Shown piece after piece: positions 1 to 13,850 of a stretch of 64,000 nt of DNA (positions are counted from its first letter, which is position 1; each line of letters begins with the position of its first letter). Location: contig CM114271.1 in assembly GCA_050084515.1 (NCBI GenBank), positions 43,958,001-44,022,000 of the forward strand, written 5' to 3'. The DNA comes from Blasia pusilla. Taxonomy: Eukaryota. The position numbers and the translations under genes were made by a program. Below the pieces are notes generated by a model. That model did not search any database and was not told the DNA's origin. It saw only the letters and a program-made list of their open reading frames with translations.

Positions 1-748
1 ATTTTGTTTGTAACTATTTCCATGGTGATCCAATCTTCTCAATTTAAGGCCCAATCTGTTCATCTTCTCAAGCTTGAACTTTGGGTTCTTCTTTTTTCCA
101 CTTAAGATTGAGATTTCTAAAGTTGTTGGGATCTTTGGACCTCCTTCTCTCCTAAATGTGCTCATAGATTCATATACGCAATTTCAAACATAGCACTCTC
201 CTTATAGAGTGATACCGGGTTACCATCTGGATCTTTTGATACGGGCTCGGCCCAACATTACGAACTCATTCCCTCATAGCGGTCATTGGTGGGTGGCTCA
301 CTTACTCCCCACATCCTCTTTTTCGGTGTTTCCAATTTCTTTCATAATTTTCTTCTCGAATGTCAGTTTTGGGCGTGTTTGGGCCTGTTTCGATCGTCTT
401 GACGAGCTCGTTCTTTTGATATCAAGTAGGTTTTCTAATTTTTCTTCCTTCTTTGTAGACGCCTATTTTTGTGTACGGGTTTGTTTTAGGTCAATTCCTC
501 CCAAAGTCTTCCTTGCTCTTTCAACTCCTTACCTTATTGTTTCGCCCCTACATACGTTTAGGACATTAGAAATTCATATTCTTAAGCCACCTCTTCCGAT
601 ACCATATCCATCACTTTTCCTTTTCAATTACTTTTTATATTTTTCTTATAATAACTTTCAATCATAAATTCGGAATTGCCTAATCTTCATCTCTCCACTA
701 CTTTTGCTTTGTTCGTTATCCTCATGATTTCTCCAAACCACGTTTTGT

Positions 749-3700
749 ATGTCTTTTCTTGTCTTCGGAGACTTTCCTACCTTTACTTCTATGTCATCAG
801 AGATGGAGTTGGATTCTCCATCTACTCGCTTATCTGGTTTTACACGCCCTCCTACAGCCGTAACCTCTCCCCTTGGTTCACCTCCTCATCGTCGATCTTG
901 CCATTTTCCTCCAGATGCTAATACACCCATTACACTCGCTACATTTCTTCCGGATTCTCCTCTTCTCCCTTCTTCGCCTTGTCTTATTGAGCCTAATCCT
1001 GATCCATTATTACCGAATCCTTCTACTTTGCCATCCCCACATATCTCATCTATGCCCTTGCTTCCAACTCCCATCTATTCTACCCGAATCTCCCCTCTTC
1101 CTCCTCCTCCTTCCCCAACCTATTTACCCCCTCATCGTCGGCCATCACCACCTCTTGCACCTCCCACCTCCTCTCCTTGTAACCCTTCTACTTCTCCATT
1201 TGTACCAAAGGTTCGTTGCATACCTTGTGGTAAGGACTTTGCTCCTAATGGGATCAAAAGACAACATGCATTTGTCGATCCATGCATGGGCCTTCAATCC
1301 CTAACCCGATACCAACTCCAACTGCACTCCCCACAACAACTTCTTGACCTGGTTAAGCCAAATTGATCTCCTTCGCTCTTTCCATCCAGGTCTTCCTCGT
1401 CCTAGACTCTACACTCGCATTCCTATTGCTCTTCGCCCCATCACCCAACAAGCTTTGCTATTCCCATTAGAAAGGTTAGCGCGTGACCCCACAAATATAT
1501 ATGCTTGGTATCTCCTATTACTCTTCCCACAATGGGTTTTAGTCCTCCCTCCAAGGGGGGGTGCAACGGGTCATCGTGAAACCTCCACACGTATTCAACG
1601 CTTTATGTCAGGGGATTGGGAGAATCTTCAGAATGAGCATGTACTTCGAGTTGAGGCCTTAGCTGCGGCTCATCCCACTCAACATGCCAATCATGGGAGG
1701 CCTTCAATACAACAACGCCTTCGACGAATTCTACTATTGGGGCAGATTGGTGAGTTTTCACGTGCAGCTCGAGCATTGGGTCCTCTTTCTCCGACGGTTC
1801 CAAGTGGGGAAACAGTGGCTCTCTTAGAAGCTCTTCATCCTCTTTCAAGTGGCGATGCTCCATCTTTTGTGGAAGACTATACAACAGACCTTGACTTGGA
1901 GCTTGACTTGGAGGTTTTCACAAGGGCTTTTCTGCATACTCCTCGCTGATCAACAAGCGGGCTATCAGGGATGGTTTTTGAGCATCTCCGCGATTGCTTT
2001 ATCCCACCAAATTCATCAAGTGGCTTTGTCTCTCTATGTAAGGTGTGTGCACATATGGCGGCGGGTTGTCTCCCATTCTCTATCTCTCGGCTCTTAGGGG
2101 CTTGTCGTTTGTTGGCTATGGATAAGCCTCCTTCAGGTGTGCGCCCTTTGGTTATTGGAGAGGTTTTATACCGCTTGGTCACTCGATCCCTATGCTTGCA
2201 ATTTCGTCCTCACTTTAGTGCCCACTTATTTCCTCATCATTTTGGAGTGGCAACTCCTGGAGGTTGTGAGGCTGTGGTGCATGGGATTCGTTCCACTCTT
2301 GATATTCATCCAGATTGGGTAGCAATTCAAGTCGATGTGGCTAACGCATTCAATTCAGTTTCTCGTGCGGCCATCTTTGAGGAATTACGTTGTGCAGGAA
2401 GACAACTCGCGAGCCTCATTCCATTTGTTCGCTCCTTCTATGCCTATGATACGCCCATTATCTATTCCGATCATGCTACTTCTGGGGAATATAGTATTCT
2501 ACAATCCGCTTGTGGCACACGTCAAGATGATCCCATGGGGGGCCCACTCTTTGCCATTGCCCATTTTCGTGCCCTTCGAGCATCAACGCAAGCATTTCCA
2601 TCTTGTCTTTTCCCTTCTATTGCTGATGACACTCACATTTTAGGTCCTCCTTCTGAAGTGGTTCCTACTTATACCCATTTTGTGGAGCAACTCTCTTTCT
2701 TAAACCTTAAAGTCCAACCTAGTAAATATGGAGTATGGTCTCCTTCATGCCTTCCCTCAACATTCACCCCACCTACTCTTGATTTTCCCATTTACATTGA
2801 AGGGGTTAGAGTTCTTGGGATCCCAATTGGCTTCATCGACTATGTCTCAAAGTTCTTGGATTAGGCCCTTTTGAAAGACGTGGAATGGCTTCATTTATTA
2901 CCTCATCTTGGGGATCCCCAAGTGGCTTATGGGATTCTCTCCCAATATTTTCTTTGACGTCCTTCCTACCTTCTTCGCACTTCAAGCTTCTTACATCGGC
3001 TGGCCTCTTTTGATGCTTCTATCTTGGCAACTTTTGGTCAAATTCTTGGCCCGAATACCTTTGAGGGAGAGGATGGTGTCTTTGCTTCACGACAAGCTAT
3101 CTTGCCTATTTCTTTTGGAGGGGTGGGACTATCCTCCACAGTCACATCTGCTCCCGCAGCCTTTTTGGGGAGTTGGGCGTTGGTAGCATCGATTATGGCT
3201 TCAAGGTTTCTCCAAGGAGATACACCTATCTTGATGGATCATATCGCCCATGTCGAGGAGGAGGACTTGTTATTTCAACAACAACTAAGATCTGCACGTG
3301 CTCTTCTTCCTCTTGCTACACAAGCAATTCTACCCCCTTTTAGTCAACTAATTACAGAAGGGCTACTTCAAGAGCATATCTCCGAGAATCTGCATCAAAT
3401 AAACTTTTCCAGCATTCTCTCAGAGGCATCCTCCGACGCCAATCGAGCCCGTCTACATTCATGTGCTGGTACCGGAGCGGGGTCGTGGCTTACTACAAAT
3501 CCTCTTATTCTTCCATTTTGTCTTCCTCGAAGTATATTCTCGACAACTTTGCGGTTACGTCTTGGACATCCCCATCCTTCTCTCTTAGGTGTGCCGAATT
3601 GTGTATGCGGGGATCCCATTGATGCCAAGGGCATCCATATTTTCCGATGTGTACATGGTGGAGAACGAACGGCCACACATGATGTCATTAGAGAGGCGGT

Positions 3701-4169
3701 AGCATCAGTGGCTCGTACGGCAGGATACACCGTTGGGCAAGAGCAGCTCCATGTCCTACCTTCAACCACACAAGCAACCTCTCGTCGGAGAGTGGATCTT
3801 GTTATGTCTCGAGGTGGATTCCGGACACTAGGTGATGTGGTGGTTGCTGATCCAACACGTTCTGACATGATGTGTAGAGCCGCACATACCAAAGGTTTGG
3901 CGGCCAAAGCTGCAGCAAGAATCAAGGAGTTAAGTTATGTTGTGAGACATGCGACTGACGGATTTATTCCGTTTGCAGTGGAAGTATTCGGTCATTTACA
4001 TGTATCTTTTGATACTTTCCTGAAAACATATGCTTACCACTCCCTCGAGAATCATTACCTTGCCCCTTCCCGTAGTCCTTCTCTCTCGGTTGTTACTACT
4101 TATTTTAGGCAATGCATCTCAGTGGCCTTACAACGTGCACAAGCCTCGGCATTAATACGTCGTGCGTAG
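749..4169 (+). mobile_element. CRE/R2-superfamily-like non-LTR retrotransposon (RT + C-terminal restriction-like endonuclease), pseudogenised
   Basis: Pro-rich N-terminus with CxxC (CIPCGKDF). RT motifs GVRPLVIGEV, FGVATPGG, VDVANAFNSVSR, GTRQDDPMG, IADD. CCHC knuckle CVCG...H...C. RLE motifs HDVIR, RRVDL, GDVVVADP, KELSY, FIPFAVEVFG. 1344-4169 reads in one frame with three in-frame stops (1949, 2864, about 2957), plus a frameshift upstream of 1344. Confidence 0.85.
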
Positions 4170-5760
4170 GTGGTGGGAGGTTGCTCGCCTCGTCGTCCAT
4201 TCACATCTGACCAACCACTCATGTTCTTGTCAAATTTGTTTCAGGCAATCAATCGTGTTGCTTGTTGAACCGGTGTTTACGTGGGCTTGTTGCCATTTTC
4301 TTTTTGCATTCTTTAATGCATTTTTTTACTCCTCTCTTGAATTGTTATTACCTTTCTTTGTCCTCGTTTGAGGTTTATTTTTTAATAAAGTGGATCCATT
4401 GTAAATTCTCTAGTTTGTTTTGAACAGATGTAAATTATCTCTAAAATTTTGTTTTTTAAACCATTTGGTCATTTTAAATAATCTTTGAATTATCTTATTA
4501 AAAAATGAAATTTTAATTGAAAAAATTAAAAAACTCTCTCCGGTTATAATATAAATTTGTTGTGAATTTTATTGAGAATAGTCTCACTTTCGTCCTCGTT
4601 CTTATTTTCGGCGAATGGCTTCGGTCGTGGTTTGGTTTTAGGTTTGGCAGTTACGCTCATAACGACTCAAGCAGGAGAACGTGATACAGCGATTTACGTC
4701 AGTATGCAGCGCATTGAAGCCATTCTAAAGTCGGAAGAACACAGTATCGAGTATCTGAGCAATAATTCGTACTGACGACTTCATCACTGGACAGGACGAC
4801 TATGCTATCGGAGCACTGACAGCTGACATGTACGTGCAAGACGAGTCGAGGTACAGTTAACCCTAGGATTCAGTCGAAGTCATTTGGATCTCGGGAAGGA
4901 TGTGGTACGTGCGCATGGTCTGTGATTGAGACTCCCCGTTCCTCCTGTCGAGGCTGTTACTAGCATGGCAGGACATCGCAATTATTGTCTCTTCGCTTTT
5001 TGGGATTGTTACATGATTTATACGTATTCAACTTTTCAAGGCTTAAAACTCTGAATTATTTAAAGGTTCTTCCAACTTCAGCACCTCTGACCCTCGACAG
5101 CGACAGTAATTGTTGCTGTTGCAGCCAGAACAGCACCCATACGTTCAGCGTATCATGTGGATCGTGAAGCAGGGATACATCTTAACGTCACATTTATTGA
5201 AGAGCGATTCTTTTGAGATTGCTCTGCGATAGTAGCAAAGCCAAATCTATCGAGATTTCGTTCAACTACAAATTAACAGCCATTACGTCCTCTTCTCTTC
5301 ATTTATGAGATCATGACTCAGAAATCCAAGATTCAAGAGTGTGGATTAAGCAGCGTTGTGGGCCCATCTGGTAGATCCAACCTGGAGGTGAAAGACGAGG
5401 CCTCGAACTTTTGGTGCTTCAGTCCACATTTCAGTTGGAAGAATCATTTATAGAGAATAAATAGAACAGATATACATTGATCGTGCGCTTGGCTTGGCTT
5501 GGCATGCGGCAGTCGATCGTTCCGTATCAATCAAGTTTTTTCTATATAACTGGATCCGTGTAAAGACATGTCCTGGATGTACTAAGACATTTTGAGAGTA
5601 ACCTAGCTTGAGCGCCTGCATTCACGAAGTGGCTCAACCATTCCGAGGCCACAAAATCGTCAAATAATCGTGCTGTTAGTGTGGGGTCCGCGACATTGTA
5701 GATTCTACCCCGAAAAACGATCTGCATGACCGGGACCAGTAGTCTGTGTTTCATTTGCCA

Positions 5761-7378
5761 TCAGAGTGCAGCGAGTTGCTGAATATTAATTGGACTAATA
5801 GAACTAGGACCGCCGGTGAAAAAGGCTTCCCCAAGCTGCACATTCACTGCGTCAGTGGGGTGGAAAGGGTCCCAGAAAAGGTATTGCGACCTCTGTGTAC
5901 AAGCTTGAATTCCTTGAATGCATGGAACTTGGCCGTTGTAAGCTCCCAGCCCGCAGCACCCACGGTTAACGACTGACAATCCTATATGCACCATCGACGT
6001 TCTCCGATTAGATCAAAACGCTTGAGAATTCAATTCAATTCCCCGGGTTGCCAATCCACATATTCGCGACAATTTGACGTCTAGATAAGAGTAGAGAAAG
6101 ATTCATACCGTAATTTTGAGGATTTTGTATTTTATCGAACACCAGGTCGTAGGCGTTTCCGATGACGAGGGTCGCTCCTGTCAGCTGAGTACTGAGCGTA
6201 TTTAATCGCAATCCCAAGGCACGATTGAAACCCATAACGTAATCGTTGATGAAAGTCACGCAGGAACCATCCCGAACTCCATTATTGGCAAGTTGCGATG
6301 GAATGCAACCGAGGGGACCCACATTGAAGATGGCCATCTTACGAGCTCCCAGGTTGTACAGTGTCTGGAAAGGGTTGAAAAGACGTAAGATTCTCAGCTG
6401 GACATGCAATGGAGGGGGCACGACTACATCGGTTGATAGGAAGGGAGGAATTCATGAGATGGGATACTCACAGTGATCTGGCGAGAAAATTCGTTCACAA
6501 GCAAAGCCTCGTACTGTTGTGGTGTATATTGACGACGTGTCGCGGAATCTTGGAGCAGATAATTGTTAATATAGTCGTTGCTCCCAACCACCCAGAAGTA
6601 GAGAGACTCTGCGAATAGTTTAGAAGCAGCAGTAGGTCCCACAGTTTGAGTGATCTCCTGCTGGGTGTTCTGGAAGTATTGCAGCTGCTGATTTATCCCA
6701 ATGCGACCAATCTGCACATTTGCATGATAGTGAATTCCATCTACCAGTCAGGCACCACCTTTCGATGTCTACGGCAGCGATCACAACTAAGTGCAGAAAT
6801 GGTGAAACACAAATAACGACTTTGGTAGTAAACTCACATAGTTTGCTCCAGTGCCGTCGAGAATGCCACCGGCGGCTGAGGCATAGTTGACACCACCCAA
6901 AATGGCAGCACCTTTGGCGTTGGGATCCAGGTAAGCGGGGAGAAAATTCATGTTCATCTTCTGTACTGCAGTGGGACCAACCATCACAGAAGTTACAGAC
7001 GCTCGAGCTGAAACGGATACATGTATATGAGTATGGAAACGAACTCATCTGATTCGATTACAATCACAGACCTAGACAATACATAATCTTGACCAGAGTG
7101 ATGAGTGAGTACTTACTGATGATGTCGACCACGGTGCGGCCATTGCAGAATCGTCCTGTCGCAGAACCGCCAGGGAAGTCCACACCGTTAGGTGGAAAGT
7201 TCGACTTCGCAAGAGTAGAAATGTAGTTATTGTTTCCTGGGTCCACGAGGGAGTCTCCAAGCACGAACATGCCGGGCACTAAAGGTTGCTGTGCTTGTGC
7301 AACGTATACAAGAGATGCCACCATGAACGGGGCGATCCATTGTCGCGGCAATCTACCCAGTTCCTGTATGACCTCCAT
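5761..7378 (-). CDS. GDSL-type (SGNH) esterase/lipase, 5 exons: 7378-7117, 6965-6838, 6711-6472, 6364-6109, 5981-5761 (368 aa)
   Basis: Blocks [35 protein letters not shown] and FWDPFHPT (DxxH). All four introns are GT-AG with compatible phases. Exon lengths total 1107 nt (369 codons including the stop). Hydrophobic signal-like segment near the N-terminus. Confidence 0.95.
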
Positions 7379-9180
7379 TGCTCTCGGAAACGGCAGCACA
7401 GCACCTCACGTTCTGCAGCACAGGAGCACAAGTGAGTGGCGATCTACATCACAGACTTCAAGTAGTGGCCCCCGAGCTGAAGACTGATCATGAACTCATT
7501 CGTATCGAAGCCAATCCCGTGTACACTTCAGAACGGAACTGGCTTTAAAACGAGGCGTAGAAGAACGCAGGGGAGTGACTAATTATATCCCTTACTTCAA
7601 GTAGTTCCCCCCAGCTCAAAACCAACCATAAGCTCAGTCGTATCAGACACAGCTACATGAGCCCTGAACACTGAATGACTGGAAAGTGAGGAAACGAAAT
7701 GAACCAGGGAAGCAGCTACTGGTTGAAAAGCGGGCATGAAGTTTCACGACTTTGCCGCAGCTGTCAGTGGGGCGAAAGCGGACATTGTGCTGAGAGTGCT
7801 TCACATTACTGAGCTCGCGTAGCAGTAAAGTTTCACTTCACGTGTTCAGTGTGCACCTCTGCTCCTAGCTGAAGGAGACAGCAAATTTCCTATGGGGGAA
7901 AACTCAGACATGAGTTCTAATTAGCACAAGCAGCTCACGAATCGAGACCTGCGATCTAGGAAAGAGCTTGCATACCTGAGCTGCGATGAAGAACTGCTGC
8001 TGATACTGTCACTCATTCACGTCCACTGTGGTCGCGGGGCGTGTGAATAGTATAAGTCCTCCTCAGTGGTGGCTGCTACTCACTGCCTGGAGAACGCGGA
8101 GAGTGGTTTGGCCGCCCGAGAGGTTCTCAAATAGCTAGACAGAGTATATACAGGTGTAGCCCCGGTGACGAGTTCGAGTACCCCTACAATTAAATGTCAC
8201 TCACTTCAGAAAGGCATGGGAGCTGCCAGCATTTAATGCCCATCTCGTCTGGCAAGTACGAGCACCATCTTGGACATCAAGATTCCAAAGGGGCCGTGAA
8301 GAGCGCAGGCAATCCAACTGTGGTAGATGTGTAACCAACTTTCACATCCAGATCTACAACAACCAGAGGTCCAGCCAGAGCACTCGGATTAGTATACATA
8401 GTGTGACCCAGAGTGTATATCATGTAAGGTTTCAGATTTGATGAGCTTTAAATCCTTCCCTCCACGACAACTCACCTACCCCTTGTTAAACCTGTTCATC
8501 ATGTGCTTAGCCTTTCACTCCCAGCTAACAAACAGTACCCACATCGTCACCCCGGAATCCGGATGGCAACCGCAAGCAACTGCACCACCGGCGTCCGGTC
8601 CCCCGACATGAGTCCAGTGCCCACTCGAGAGGCAGTAATTGCGGTCTAGACACATGCAACGTATCCTCACGAACCAAAATCATTTATCCTCCGGCTCAAC
8701 TCAGTTCGCCGCTTCTATATAATATATATAAATAGAAAATAGGAGGGGAAACCATAGAGAAAAAAAAAAACCCCAAGGGCCAAAACAGGGAGTTTTTTAA
8801 CGAAAGGGGATAAATTTATGGCTGTAGGCTGAATTAACCGGAAATTTAAAAATTTAACCGGTTTCAAAATGGAATATTTGAAATTCCCGGAAATTTTCTG
8901 GGTTTTTCTTTATTTTTTCAGTATTTTTCCGAAATTTTATTTTTCTCTTCAGTTCATTTCTAATTACTCATAATGTTGTTCGGCTAATATCCGGGATTTT
9001 GAAATACTAACCGGAAATTTTTTCCCTGCCTCTTTTGACTTCATTTCTACTAGACTTCAGCCTCTTATAGACTTCAATTTTATTGCAAAGATTCATTTCC
9101 CACTTTTGTTTACTACATCATCATTGGCTAGGCCTGGCTAGGCCTCCCACCAGTTGGGAACCAAGGATCTTACCCCTCTA

Positions 9181-9220
9181 TAATACATTGAAGCTTTTTA
9201 ATAAAAGCTTCAATGTATTA
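9181..9220. repeat. Perfect 18-bp inverted repeat (hairpin)
   Basis: TAATACATTGAAGCTTTT (9181-9198) and AAAAGCTTCAATGTATTA (9203-9220), just downstream of the hAT ORF remnant. Confidence 0.9.
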
Positions 9221-9266
9221 GGAAAGGGACCCCCTTATCCCTAACCCTAAGCTTTTCCCCGTCATC

Positions 9267-11400
9267 TTACACATCCACAAAAACTTCACTTGGATCTAAA
9301 GCATTTAAATTTACACGAACCTCTGGTGGAATTTCTATCTCAGAAACATGTCTCTCAGGATTGGCATACACATACCTAAAGTGTGTTGAATTCTTCCAAA
9401 GAACTACAAATTCAACCAACAAAGCTTCATAATCATCTATTTTCCCCTCTAAGGCAATCCTAAGAACAACATCCAAATGCTTTGTCATTAATCTATTCCT
9501 ACTTTTAGTCTTAATCATATTTTCACAGAGAAGGCTCTCTCACAAATAGGAGTACTAACACAATGTACCCTAGCAATATTAGCTAAAATGAGCAAGTTAG
9601 AGAACTTACATTGCAAGGACGGGCTCCAACTTACCATAGCCCACAGGTCCTTGAAGTTCCGATCTTTCCACTCCGTGGTGGCCATGAGCTTAAATGATTG
9701 AAACTCTTGTTTCATGGCTCCTATACTTAGTAAAGAAGGTTGCAAGTGACCTTTGAAGGCTAAGTCCGTCCCAAAATGTGTACATAGGTCATCCAATTCC
9801 TTACAACCCCAACGATTTAGTACCACTTGCCTTGAAGGCATGTGTAGAGGATTCAGTATCCTCATAGCACTAATCAAGTTGTTGTCCTTAAACCCATCTC
9901 GTAAAGCTACACAAACACTTTCAGAAAAAAAATTTTGAAACAACAAGGCAGCCTCTAGATCCTTCCATGTCTGATTCCTCAACATTTCTATGCTATGGAA
10001 CTTTCTGCCCCTAATCTCAGATTGGAAACATTTCAAATAACTCCCTGGAGGACCAAAGTCTGGTAGGATGTGATAACCTGTTTCTTGAGAGAAAGTGGAG
10101 GCATTCAGATGAAGGTTCTCCATTACAAAATTCATTGTTATAGAAGCTATTTCAGAAGTCACTATACTACCTATGGTACTAACATCTACAAACTTATATT
10201 GGAACACCTTACTCAAGTTAGCAAAAAGAAACAAAATATCTGCCAAAAAATATAGCTGATAGATCATCTGAAATGATCTGAGTTTGTTATAAAAATTACC
10301 AGCATTACCATCATCTTCAAACGACGAGATATCTCTGAAATATGTAAGGACAGATTCGAATGAGTCACATAAACAAGTAACAGCCTGCCAACGTGACAAC
10401 CAACGAATTTTGTGGTACCTCTACATCACTTTCTGAGAATTGTTCAACCTCTCTTGCAAAGTTGCAAGTCCACGCTTCTTCTTAGAAGACCTTCTAAAAT
10501 ATCCAGCTTTTGCATTCAAGATTAAATCTATTTCTGTAGATATATCTTTACACCCTACACCTTTTGTGCTGTTAAAGCAGCCACGTTTGTCCCGTGCGCC
10601 ACGCAATGCACAGACAACATAAAAGGATTTAACTTCTGTTTCATCTGAGAGGCTACTCCGTTTTGGCTTCCTACCATAGTGGAAGCTCCATCAGATCCAA
10701 AGGCCACCAGTTTTGATCCCTCTAGTCCCGAATCCTTTATCAACTCCAACAAATTGTTAGTGATTGCATTCGAATATTTCTCTCGACATTGTAACAATCC
10801 TACCTAAACAACTCTCCACTCATCTAAATAAGTTGCAAATACAACAAGGTGTCCAGTGACAAAAATATATGTGGACTCGTCAATCATTATCCCAAAGAAA
10901 AGAGATTGTTGCACTTTAGAAAGGTTCCTCCTAAGAAAAACTTGACTAATATAATAACACATATGAGCACAACTTTTTTCATCTTGGTACAAGTCGCGGG
11001 TTATAGTTGCATTCACATAAATCAATAACTTGCACAGATTTGAGAATTTTGAAAATGGCAAGGCTTCCTTTGCAATGAAATATGCACATTTGAACAGAGT
11101 CAAAAGTGCAAGATCACAAGTCCGATTTGTAGTCGCTATACCCTTGGCCATGGATCCGTTCCCCATATTCGCAGCCCATGCAAGCTTCATGTGCTCATTC
11201 GACTTACCATGATTTGTGAAGGCCAAAACCTTACAGTTAATAGCTCCATCCCTAGCAAAGGAGCTTTTCCCCTTACCCTATCTATAAACTTTACAGAAAA
11301 TCCTACCATATTTTAAATGGAATTCTATCCAATCGAACATGCTATACCATAGGTCCTTCCAAGCCAATCGATTCTTTTCAATTGAACTTGCCAAAGGAGC
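9267..11400 (-). pseudogene. hAT-superfamily transposase remnant (ZNF862/DUF4371-like with hATC dimerisation region), frameshifted
   Basis: FFGIMIDESTY, LVAFGSDGASTMVG, SVHCVAH, WLSRWQAV and CVSTPICERAFS occur in successive broken ORFs. Repeated CCGGAAAT-like subterminal motifs at about 8835-9020. Confidence 0.85.
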
Positions 11401-11459
11401 ATTTGATTGGTCCACCTCTCTCCCATCTTATGATCCTGATCTACTGCCCTCTTCTGAAA

Positions 11460-13850
11460 TCCTTGTACAACATCTCATTCATGGTTCGCTGCCTCTTAGC
11501 CATATAGAGGCTAAATGAGTGGGATGTGTACTAAATTAGGGTGGGAGTAACCTATTGTACCGTGACTAGAGGTTATGCAACCTCCTGTAACGTGAGAGGC
11601 TCTAGTAGAAGTCAACAAGCCAAGCGGCCGGCTCCCAAGGAAGGGCGGATAGCTTGTGAGGGTGGCAAGCGACAAGAAGGGAGAAACAGCCTAAGACAGG
11701 CAACTTGAAGCCAACTCTATGATACAACGGCTAGCTACAAAATAGAAATGAAAGATAACAATAAACACAGGGGCACGAAGGAAAAGTGAAGCAATCCCCC
11801 AAGATGCAGAAGTGATGCAGCCCCGAGCTCAAAGCAAAAGTGAAAGAGCCCCGAGCTCCAAGCAAGTAACTCAACAAAGGTGAAGCAGCTCGGGCACAAT
11901 GCAAAGATGGAGCAGCCACCGGACCTAACTTAAGGGTTGAGCGAGCAGATTATGAAGAGTGAAACGGCAGCCCTGAGTCCCCAACCAACTACCCCCGCAC
12001 TACCTCCTAGAGCCACACACTTGCACACATTGTTGCCCAACCCCGAAAGCCGAAGACCCACTATGTCCGAGCTCATGAGTTTCGTGAATCCCAAAGTGAA
12101 ACACTCTGCCAACCACAAAGCTACGTGGCGGAGTACCCGCCAGTAGAAACAAAGAATCGAGCAACTCAGACCCCAACTCGATCAAAACGCACTCCATAAA
12201 GGACCCTTTCTGACTGAATGGAAAACTGTAGCACCCCGGGCTCCTTACAAAGCAGCAAAACCAACACATCGAAGAATACGTTTTGACTCAAAGGAGAACT
12301 TGAGCAGCCCAAGGCTCATACAAATCAGCAAAGCAATGCTATGGTAGCCCAACCTCGGCACTACGCAAAACTAAAACATCCCTCGGGTCCCAACTAGATG
12401 AAAGGCAACTCCCTGAAGAGCAACTCTCACTCCATGCATAACTGGAGCAGCTCGAGCTCGATACAGACCAACAAAAGTGACTCACGGAAGAAAAGCACCT
12501 AGCTCCAAGGCAAAAGCTAGAAAGTCCCAGGCCCACGCTCGATCAAAAAGTGAAGCAGCCCAAGTGCGCAGACGTAGAGCAACTCAATAACGGAATGACA
12601 ATGTGCGAAGAAACAGAGTCACAAAGAACAACCGCACGGAAGCAAAGAAAATCTTCGAAGAGAGAGAACAAGAGTGGAGGCTGAAGTTGTTGAGCGGCCT
12701 GAAGTTCTGAACGACCAAAATAAGCTCGGCCCCGCATGCCCTGCACTACCCCTTTGAGTCACACTTCCGCCACACACTACCCCTCCGAGGCCTAGTGCAG
12801 ACTAGAGAGTCGAGAGTCGAGAGTCGAGACTGCAAAGTCCGGACTCCGACGAGTGGACTCCCGAGTCTGGACTCTCGAGCCTCCAGAGTCCAAAACGTCC
12901 GGGCTCAGCTGCCGCACCAGGCGGCTTGCCCTACGATGAAGGGCTCCGATCTCTTAGATCTTAGCCCTCCATCCCCAAGTGATAATAGGTTCAGATTTGC
13001 GGGAACTGGATCGTTACTCCGTAACAAACCGGCTTGTCTACATCCGTTCACAGCTGGAATCCGAGGGCTTTTCTCCCGTTTCGTCGAAATGATGCAAAAT
13101 CCGGTTATTTTTTGTCACTCACATTCCCGGCCAGCAAATCTCTGGTTAATGTCTGGAATACGTCGGAAATGTAACCGGGCAGAATGTTGCACGACCAAGT
13201 TTCATCGGTTCTCCCCGGACATCGGGCCAAAACCGGCCCCGAGGAGAAAGAAGGGGGCCTTCGCCGCGTCACGGTCGAGTCCCTCCTGAGCCTGAGCACG
13301 ACACGGTGGAAGGGAGCCGGGCCGGGCCGATGAAAAGCTGAAAAGCTGGCACTCCACGAGGCCTGCACATGTTGGATATCACCTACCTACGGACTAGGGC
13401 TTTCTGAAGCCGCTCAAGGGCGTAAGGAGACACGATAATAAATCGAACGGGCGAGTAATGAACGAGCTTTAACGCCATAGCTCTCGGGAGTACACGCCAG
13501 TAGAGTATGCCAAGGCAGGGTAGGGAATGCGCCACCATCGAGGTCTAGGTCAGGGTCGAGGTCAGAACATTTATGCTTTTAAGGTCTAATGTCTGGCCAA
13601 TCGGCATTCAAGAAGAGCTGACTGAACTGAATACTGGAGTAATGGTTCGCCTTGGTGTAGGAGGTAGTTACGCAGACACGGCTTCAAGGCCCTGGCAGTC
13701 TCATCACTTTTACTCGAGCATTAACCTTCGATAACACCGACCTCCGCATCTCGAAATACTGCTCGCTCCACTCTCACCCCCCACGAGTCACCAGTCTCAC
13801 CACTCACTCAGTCCGTCCCGATCTTCGCTTTCACGGATACATACATCCTC
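11460..13850. mobile_element. Probable non-coding insertion (LTR-like or non-autonomous element) upstream of the hAT remnant
   Basis: Abrupt shift to higher GC, recurrent GAGCTC/CCCCGAG motifs and a GAGAGTC tandem at about 12805-12830. No credible ORF; termini not identified. Confidence 0.35.

Noticed and set aside
8712-8760. Helitron-like 5' start (TCTATATAATATATATAAATAG)
   Set aside because: No matching 3' hairpin-CTAG end was found; AT-rich text alone is insufficient
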